Positions 56,804 to 64,000 of a stretch of 64,000 nt of DNA are shown here, in pieces (within the stretch, counting starts at the first letter, position 1; each line of letters begins with the position of its first letter). The notes under the pieces were generated by a model, which did not search any database, was not told where the DNA came from, and worked only from the letters and a program-made list of their open reading frames with translations. The stretch is from Tubulanus polymorphus (Eukaryota; Animalia; Nemertea), in contig NC_134030.1 in the NCBI RefSeq assembly GCF_964204645.1, positions 20,730,210-20,794,209 of the forward strand, written 5' to 3'. Position numbers and translations under genes: made by a program.

Positions 56804-56905
56804 CTGATAATAACAGGGCGGCTCTTTTCCGAGATAAGACGCTGATCTGTTTTCGAGTTTGGTTTTATACGCGTTTTGGAGGGATATGAATCATTTCCAC
56901 AGGTG
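56804..56905 (-). promoter_or_regulatory. S6 core promoter and non-coding first exon
   Basis: CACCTG 56905-56900, TATAAAA 56869-56863, TCTTATCTCGGAAAAG motif, donor CAG|gtacgt at 56804/56803. Confidence 0.72.
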
Positions 56906-57321
56906 AAATTAATTTCTTATTTTCAAGTATTGTATAATACATCTTTTTACGTTGAATTCGATCATAAATCTGTATTGTATCACTTGCAACTGTCCTCTAC
57001 CCGTAATCTATGTATGAATCGGTAGGCGACGACATAGTTCGATGTCGCTGAAGTTGCCGCTGAATGAAATATAACATTCAAATCCATGTTAGAACTTCAG
57101 TTTGCGTTAACGATTTCAGTAAAACGTATTGATCTTCATTACTAATGCATCCTCGCTTGCCAGGGTTTGATTGCCGCCCGCCTAGCTCACGCCAACACAA
57201 ACCCTGGCCGCAAAACCTTAATTGGTCTATTACACCGCCCAAGATTTCTTGGGTGGGCAGGTTGCGGCCCGTCGCCACCACGTCTACGTATATGTCAAGC
57301 CAATCAGATGCATTTTTTCAC

Positions 57322-57574
57322 CATCCTCGCTTGCCAGGGTCTGATTGCCGCCCGCTGTGAGCTCATGCCTATGCAAACCCTCGCCGCAAACCCTTCATTG
57401 GTCTATTTCACCACCCACGATTTCTTTGGAGGACGGGTTCCCGCTCAGCGCCCGCCAGTCTATATATCTAACCAATCAAATGCGTTTTTACCGGCACGAC
57501 GTTTGCCCTATAAATACCACGTATCTGATAGGCTAGATAAATAGACCGAGCGAGAACCATGGCAAGCGAGGATG
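57322..57574. mobile_element. MITE with perfect 15-bp TIRs and 8-bp TSD, nested in a related element starting at 57148
   Basis: CATCCTCGCTTGCCA ... TGGCAAGCGAGGATG; flanks tttttcac / tttttcgc (7/8 identical). Confidence 0.75.
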
Positions 57575-58254
57575 TTTTTCGCCGGTAGATTCGTAGACTG
57601 GTCGCCTGTCCAATTCTGCGCTACCTGCATTCGCAGTTTGAATAGTCTAACTGAAGGTAGAGACCGGTGACCAGTCTAGTAGATTCGTTCAATACAACGC
57701 AGCTGATTGGCTAGATATAAAGACTGGTGGCCGCTGATTATCTGCTCACAACTCGTCGAGTTGGTACGAACTATGATCTGGAAAAAGTTTCTGGTCCTGA
57801 AAGTCCTGAAAATCGTTGTAATGCACCATGTTATGCTCATTGATGGTAGACGAGTGTGAAATTGGATATCTTCAATCAATGAGGATTTCGTGCCAACAGC
57901 TATCCCGCTAGATGGCGTGCGTAACAGTGCGACAACCCCGTCAAAATCTGGTTCATTCTCAATGAACTTTCATCTAGATTTTTAGCCTCCCTCATCAGAA
58001 ATTAGGCAAATCTTTATAAACTCAGATGATCTTTAGCTAGTTCATATATAAGGTGGATTTTTACTAATCATCATTCAAAGAATTTGAGAAATTATGGATA
58101 GACTTTAATTGAATATGAGAAGAAATCCGGGAGTCGTTGTCTGAATGCACACTAGCGAACCTGGTGGATCCTCGCTTGCCACATTCGAACGTAGGGGTGC
58201 GTACGGCTACTTCGGTTTTGTCTATAGAGCTTGCCGAAAGCTGCTTACATCCTA

Positions 58255-58335
58255 CCTAGACTGGAATCGAACCCGATGGCATCGAGACTCGCCACGGTAC
58301 GAACACCTGCCACACTAGCCCAGGTGCCCAGCTAT
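58255..58335 (-). mobile_element. tRNA-derived SINE-like fragment
   Basis: Minus-strand GGGTTCGATTCC. ggaatcgaacccgatggcatcgaga resembles the 50-bp repeat core ggattcgaacctgatgacatcgaga. Confidence 0.4.
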
Positions 58336-58758
58336 ACACAGGATGATGGCGGTGACGATGAGGACGGACGCGAGACCTGAAGTAAATAGACATGGCGTCA
58401 CAGGACCTGGTTCCGTGTGTACACTAGACAGCAGAACGATTGCACACGCGCTCACAACTTCGCTTGAGAAACAAAACATTTCACCATTTCTTTCAAGATT
58501 GCACCAGTGGAATCGTATTTTTTCAACAGACCCTATCACGTAACACCATATTAAACAAGATTGCAAAAAAAATTAGGCCGTTGGGACTAATCCGGGAATG
58601 CTCAACTACATGCGCTGAACCGGCTGATTTACTATATGCTGAATTTCGACAAAACCTTGGCATCATACAGTATCAATGGTACACGTGGGCGAAGTGTCAT
58701 ATTTATTAGAAACAAAAGCTACAACAATATCTACCTACGCCGGTTAAAAAGACATTAC

Positions 58759-58806
58759 TGACACCTGCCGGTCAAATGATTAATCATCCTGTTTTACCGT
58801 ATAAAA
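58759..58806 (+). promoter_or_regulatory. Core promoter of the Gly/Tyr/Arg peptide gene (E-box + TATA)
   Basis: TGACACCTGCCGG starting at 58759; TATAAAA at 58800-58806, 67 bp before the ATG. Confidence 0.65.
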
Positions 58807-58866
58807 ACACTCACAAAGATACAACGATCAATTTACTGATAAAAACAAGAAGCTCGTGAACTAACA

Positions 58867-59419
58867 ATGCTCAGGTAAGTGCACGGGGAGCTATCACAAT
58901 TTTTTCATTTCTAACTCGGGCGAGCTTTAACGTAGACGCAGGGCCCGGTTATTTGTTCTATTTTCACCAAAACGTTTGCCTCATAGCACCACAGTATAAG
59001 TCGCGTGATAAGTTCCATAGTTCAGTGCAATTCGAGTTCAATCGCAAATATGGTCATTTAAACCTACAGCGCTCAAATCTAACTGAACTGTATATGGAAT
59101 TGGATCCTCGTAGTAGGATAAACAAAATATATTTTCGTTTTTTTTTTTATACAGAATTAAGTTGTTCGCCATTTTGCTGGTATTGTTGATTGTTCTTGTG
59201 GTTGCAACCTCCGCTTGTAAGTTACATTAATATATGTGCCAGCTCTCCCCTTCCCCGAAAACCGGATTCTAACAGTTCGACGCAATTGAAATTTCAGTCT
59301 TCAGAGGCTTTGGGGGTTATAGAGGTGGTTATAGAGGTGGTTACGGGCGGCCGTATGGCTATGGTGGTTATAGAGGTGGTTACGGACGGCCGTATGGCTA
59401 TGGTGGATACAGAGGCTGA
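58867..59419 (+). CDS. Secreted cationic Gly/Tyr/Arg-rich peptide, 63-aa precursor; exons 58867-58874, 59155-59216, 59298-59419
   Basis: ATG CTC AG|gtaagt ... tttatacag|A ... GCT T|gtaagt ... atttcag|TC; phases 2 and 1 match. Product: MLRIKLFAILLVLLIVLVVATSA-FFRGFGGYRGGYRGGYGRPYGYGGYRGGYGRPYGYGGYRG*. TATAAAA at 58800. Confidence 0.88.
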
Positions 59420-60105
59420 TTTATTTACATGATATTTCATTCCGTCGGATAAACGTCATTCTTAATGTTTAGGAAAATTATTTCTTGATGTATGAATTCA
59501 TTGTTTAAATTTTGTTATCTCGAATGCTTCAATTATCATAACGGTTGTGTCAACGTGTAAACCTGGAACAACTACAACGTGTGCAGGATCTATCGTATAA
59601 TACAATAGCCTATTTCTCAAGAAGTTCATTTGTTTCTTCCTTTTTGTCTTTCAATACAGTCTTATGTGTAGCTTTGAGCCAGGTTTTTATGAATCGACTT
59701 CACCCGAAATGAACACTGGCATAATCTCATAAGAAATCAGAGTTTGTAACCTAAGCCCATTTTAAAAGATTTAGTCGATGTACCAGGTATTGCAGGATTT
59801 CACGCAAGCGACGATCGATGATCAATATCATGCACAGTGATTAGCATGGGAAGAGTCTTTAGCTCAATTCCAACCATAACTTGACCAAATTTTGAAGTCG
59901 AAGCGCAAACTACTAACAGAGTATGCTAGGCTCTGGTGGTCATTGCTCCTGAAGGGCTGACCGGTAAGATCTCCCGGATTTATTTGCGATAACGAACAAA
60001 ATGAAAACGAAAGCAACAAAACGTCTATATTTTCAAGAGGTTTTATTACGGTATCCTGATGACGACTACAAATCAAGTGTGTACAGTCGGTACATTGACA
60101 GAAGA

Positions 60106-61427
60106 TCAATAGTAGTTGCCGAAGCCTCCGTATCCGTACTTGTTGTTGTACTTGTTGTTGTACTTGGCGTACTTGGCGCGGTACTTAGCTAACTTTTTGG
60201 CGAGTTTTTCCGCCTGCTTTCTGGCGTACTTTTCGTACTTGTACCTGTACTTGTCATTGCCATATTTGCTGTACTTGCTATATTTGTCGTAATCATCATC
60301 ATAGCTGTTTTCATAACCGCTATAACCTCCATCGCACTCATAGCCTCCACAAGACGGAGCGACATAAGCATCTTCGTCATAATAATCGTTCTCTTCATAA
60401 CCTATAAACAAAGGTTGAGTACATCAGAAATGCATCCACGATTTTAGACATCGTTAGGGGAATACAGTTGAACCTCGGTTATAGTACGATTCGGCTTACA
60501 ACGAAAACCTCAGTAATTCGATGAATCTAAAAATTCCCATTTTCCCATAAAAATATTTGCTTGTTACGATCGTATGGTGGCCGATAAGGGCCATAGCGTA
60601 AAATTCCTGGTATGTAAATGAGGGCGCCAGAACGCCAAAACGAAAAAAAAAACGTCCAATTTTCTCTGAAAGTTCCGTTTTGGCGCCCCCGTTTTGTTAC
60701 ATAATCAATTCCCCTTTTTTTAAGTTGGTCCCGTACAAATTGTTTATGCGCCGTCTGACCTATACATTAAAAATGCATAAAAAGGATCCACTGACTGGTG
60801 GCGCGGTCACCTGAGACATTTTAAATTGAAAATGAACTACAAACACCAGATATTAGACATTTTATCAGCACACTTTCAAAAACTGATCGTCCACACTTCA
60901 CATGTGTTCAGTGCTTCACCTGAGACATTTCTAATTGAAAATGAACTACAAACACCAGATATTAGACATTTTATCAGCACACTTTCAAAAACTGATCGTC
61001 CACACTTCACATGTGTTCAGTGCTTCACCTGAGACATTTCTAATTGAAAATGAACTACAAACACCAGATATTAGACATTTTATCAGCACACTTTCAAAAA
61101 CTGATCATCCACACTTCACATGTGTTCAGTGCTTCACCTGAGACATTTTTAATTGAAAATGAACTACAAACACCAGACATTAGATATTTTATCGGAATAC
61201 TTTCAAAAACTGATAGCTGAGACTCGACAGTGGCTCCAGTCTGCATATATGCCCTCATCCGGCGTTCAAAGTGTAGACTTTTTTCATATCTAATTATGGT
61301 TAATGAAGATTTATTTGTATATAAAACATATATATGATGGACAAAACCTAATATCTAAACATCACTTACCTCTACCAGCGATAGCCAAGGCCACAAGGGC
61401 CATCATGACAAGGAAAACTAACTTCAT
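60106..61427 (-). CDS. S7: secreted Tyr-rich acidic/basic diblock protein, 117 aa; exons 61427-61370, 60401-60106
   Basis: MKLVFLVMMALVALAIAGR G|gtaagt ... tgtttatag|GT gives GYEENDYYDEDAYVAPSCGGYEC...DDDYDKYSKYSKY...KYAKYNNKYNNKYGYGGFGNYY*. The signal exon is homologous to that of S1-S6. Confidence 0.88.
60808..61215. repeat. 109-bp tandem repeat, ~3.7 copies, inside the S7 intron
   Basis: Units start with cacctgagacatt at 60808, 60917, 61026 and 61135. Confidence 0.95.
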
Positions 61428-61612
61428 CCTGCAAACAACAAGAAACAAACTCTCTACACGCAGGAATAGAATATACGATTTTGAAACTGATTTTCATTTG
61501 CTTATTTCCGTCGAAAGGACCAGTTTTGTTCACGAAAGCTGATGATGAATAGCTGATTCTGAATTTATTCGGTATAATTCTAAAATGCGCATTACACTAA
61601 CTCCACACTGAC

Positions 61613-61713
61613 CTGAAGCTTGAAGGACCGGTTCTTTTCCGAGATAAGACGTCAAGTTGGATTTCATGATGGTTTATATACTTATACTGAGACACAAATC
61701 ACTCCAGCAGGTG
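61613..61713 (-). promoter_or_regulatory. S7 core promoter and non-coding first exon
   Basis: CACCTG 61713-61708, TATATAAA 61680-61673, CGTCTTATCTCGGAAAAG 61651-61634 conserved despite divergent flanks, donor CAG|gtcagt. Confidence 0.72.
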
Positions 61714-61892
61714 TCATTTATATGCTTTTTAATGTGACAGCAATTCATCTTTTCCGTAAAATCACTAACACTTGTCTACTGTAGGTCCGTTTGCTATGTG
61801 TCTCAAGCATAAGGTATTTTATTAACCTGCAATAAAACTGGAGACATCGAACGTCAACGCACCGGAACTTGAGATTCAGTGGACGCTCGTCG

Positions 61893-62362
61893 AGTTCATT
61901 TTCAGTTACTTCAACTCTACAGTCAAAATCAGTTCATTTTCGATTACTTTAAGTCTACATTCAAAATCAGTCCATTTTCAATTACTTTAAGTCTACATTC
62001 AAAATCAGTCCATTTTCAATTACTTCAACTCTACATTCAAAATCAGTCCATTTTCAATTACTTAAACTCTACAGTCAAAATCAGTTCATTTTCAGTTACT
62101 TCAACTCTATATTCAAAATCAGTCCATTTTCAATTACTTAAACTCTACAGTCAAAATCAGTCCATTTTCAATTACTTAAGATCAACAGTCAAAATTCGTT
62201 CATTTTCAATTACTTGAATTCTACAGTCAAATTCAGTTCATTTTCAGTTACTTCAACTCTTTATTCAAAATCAGTCCATTTTCAATTACTTTAGATCAAC
62301 AGTCAAAATCAGTTCATTTTCAATTACTTGAATTCTGCAGTCAAAACCTGTTCATTTTCAAC
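61893..62362. repeat. 38-bp minisatellite, ~12-13 copies
   Basis: caaaatcagt(c/t)cattttcaattactt..ctaca.t recurs at 61924, 61962, 62000 and onward. Confidence 0.93.
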
Positions 62363-62805
62363 TTTTACGGACAAAACGAGCTTATTTTCAATTACATGTA
62401 CAACAATTACGTTCTAGGGTTGAATTTTCAACGTGGACCAATAGATCAACAGGACAATGTAGTAATTTGTCATCAAACTCTTCATCGTAAACATAATGAA
62501 CATATAAGACACGTGCTTCCTTGCATGAGATATCAACAACATATGGGGCCAATATTGTACCAGATCAACAATGTTGGCATGAATGCCTCTTGTTAATTCA
62601 TAGTTACACCAATGTTATTCGAAAATCATTGTTTCCAAAATCATCGTATCTAATCATTGTGCCCACGTTGTTTGCGTTATGGGTGGTTTTATTCGACGGT
62701 AGTGATTAGAGCTTGACATATTCCGGTTACGACATATGTGATAAGATAAAAACCTACTACTAATTAAAAGAATCTAAAAAAAAAGAAATTTATTTCAATA
62801 ATCAA

Positions 62806-62930
<125 letters not shown>

Positions 62931-63136
62931 AAGACCCGACGTTACGAACTCTCAATATATATCATGATCGTCAGACCAGGGAAAGTTTGAGACTTCGAAA
63001 TCAATTTTCTAGCTTCTGGTACGATAACCACACTCAAACGTGGTGAACGGATAAAAAGATTAAAACCCACTATTTACAGATTAAAAGAATTTAAAATCAA
63101 GAATTTATTTATTCGAACAATCTAAAATACATGAAA

Positions 63137-63177
63137 TACGCGACGTTTCGATCTCACCCTAGAGATCATCGTCAGGT
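63137..63177 (-). ncRNA. Minimal hammerhead ribozyme-like core (stem I partner not evident)
   Basis: Minus strand reads CUGACGA-U-GAUCUC-uagggu-GAGAUC-GAAA-CG-ucg-CG-UA. Confidence 0.55.
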
Positions 63178-63227
63178 GTGAGGTGTCAGGTGTGACCTGA
63201 CGATGATCTCTAGGGTGCGACATATGT

Positions 63228-63530
63228 GACTGGTCACCGCAGCTAAGTGGCCACCACACTGACCTATCAAACGTTTTAACCTAATCTGTTGGTTAGTGCA
63301 TTTGTCTATCAGATGGTCGCCCCGGGTTCGATACCTGACTTTTTAAATCCTTCCTAATGGCTTTTTCCCTCCCTTTTGAGAATGACTTTTGGTATTAAAA
63401 TCTTCTTTTTGCTTCTCCTTTACTTGGACGATTTGCGAAACAAAAGAATGACATGAAAAGAAATTAATAAGATTAAGTTGAAAATCATATCGTTCTTGAC
63501 AAGGAACTGTTGTAGTCAGATAATGACAGA
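63228..63530 (+). repeat. Diverged homologue of the 4366-4610 SINE-like/intergenic segment
   Basis: Colinear blocks shared with 4366-4610: gactggtcaccgcagc, cccgggttcga.acct, tttccctcc.tttt, tgcgaaa.aaa, aatgacagat. Confidence 0.55.
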
Positions 63531-64000
63531 TCTAAACCTCATTCTTTTTCATTGTCTTTTCTATCCTTTTGTTGTTTTTATCTATCTTCTTTTTTTCTTT
63601 TCAAGGGTGCTTGCTTGAGCAGCCCTTTGGCCTTCTCTTGGACTTCATACGAAAGCCTTCTCAATTTCATTCTTGTTCTGTTTGCAAATTATCTTATAAC
63701 ATACTCAATGAAAAAAATTGAAATTCAATTGAAATTGAAAGACGATATTTTTATTGAATAGCACACATTTGTTAATCAGTCAATCGGACTACTGTGAGCT
63801 GCGTTCACACCACCACTAGTTGATTACTTAGACCGGTCCAAATGGTTCCGTACCTGGAACGAGCCAAATTTGGAACGGACGAAATCAGTGTGCGGTCACG
63901 CACGCGTCGCTAATAAGCTACGTAGAGTTATGATTTGCCCCGCAAGATGTCGCCGTGGGTATTCTAATCCGTGAAAACATTTTTAATTTCAACTCATGGC

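Larger units (their letters stand above)
1..57162. repeat. Tandem segmental array of ~10.0-10.2 kb units (receptor gene + small secreted-protein gene); runs off the left edge of the window
   Basis: Homologous receptor stop codons are 10194, 10073, 10039, 10014 and 10071 bp apart. Introns and intergenic DNA are also near-identical between units. Recognisable homology fades at about 57160-57260. Confidence 0.97.

Noticed and set aside
59190-59432. 80-aa ORF MFLWLQPP...
   Set aside because: Wrong frame across exon 2, intron and exon 3 of the Gly/Tyr/Arg peptide gene.
60465-60570. pogo/Tigger-like terminus (TA CAGTTGAACCTCGGTTATA)
   Set aside because: Only one end is visible and no matching TIR was found; too weak to call.

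Overview
AT-rich, intron-containing animal DNA, probably from a marine invertebrate; the taxon cannot be fixed from sequence alone. Bases 1 to ~57.2 kb are a tandem array of ~10.1-kb units (receptor stop codons at 3688, 13882, 23955, 33994, 44008, 54079). Each unit carries two genes. (i) A 3-exon, ~1950-aa GRL101/LGR-like receptor on + (signal peptide, several CUB-like domains, C-type lectin, ~7 LDLa, LRRs, rhodopsin 7TM). Copies are A (5'-truncated by the window) and B-F; B has a nonsense codon and D a 10-bp frameshift. (ii) A small spliced gene on -, absent from the ORF track, encoding a secreted acidic Tyr-rich repeat protein (YDY[T/K]PYEES / YDDGYGES modules; S1-S5). At the right end lie two longer paralogues with an acidic block followed by a Lys/Tyr-rich basic block (S6, S7), and an unrelated hidden 3-exon gene for a secreted cationic Gly/Tyr/Arg peptide. 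These secreted-protein genes share a CACCTG-TATA promoter layout. Receptor differences cluster in patches of the CUB region and are mosaic between copies. Also present are MITEs, tRNA-derived SINE-like/B-box repeats, minisatellites, and a TSD-flanked element with minimal hammerhead-ribozyme motifs. All gene models were built by eye from splice consensus and phase; all functions are inference.
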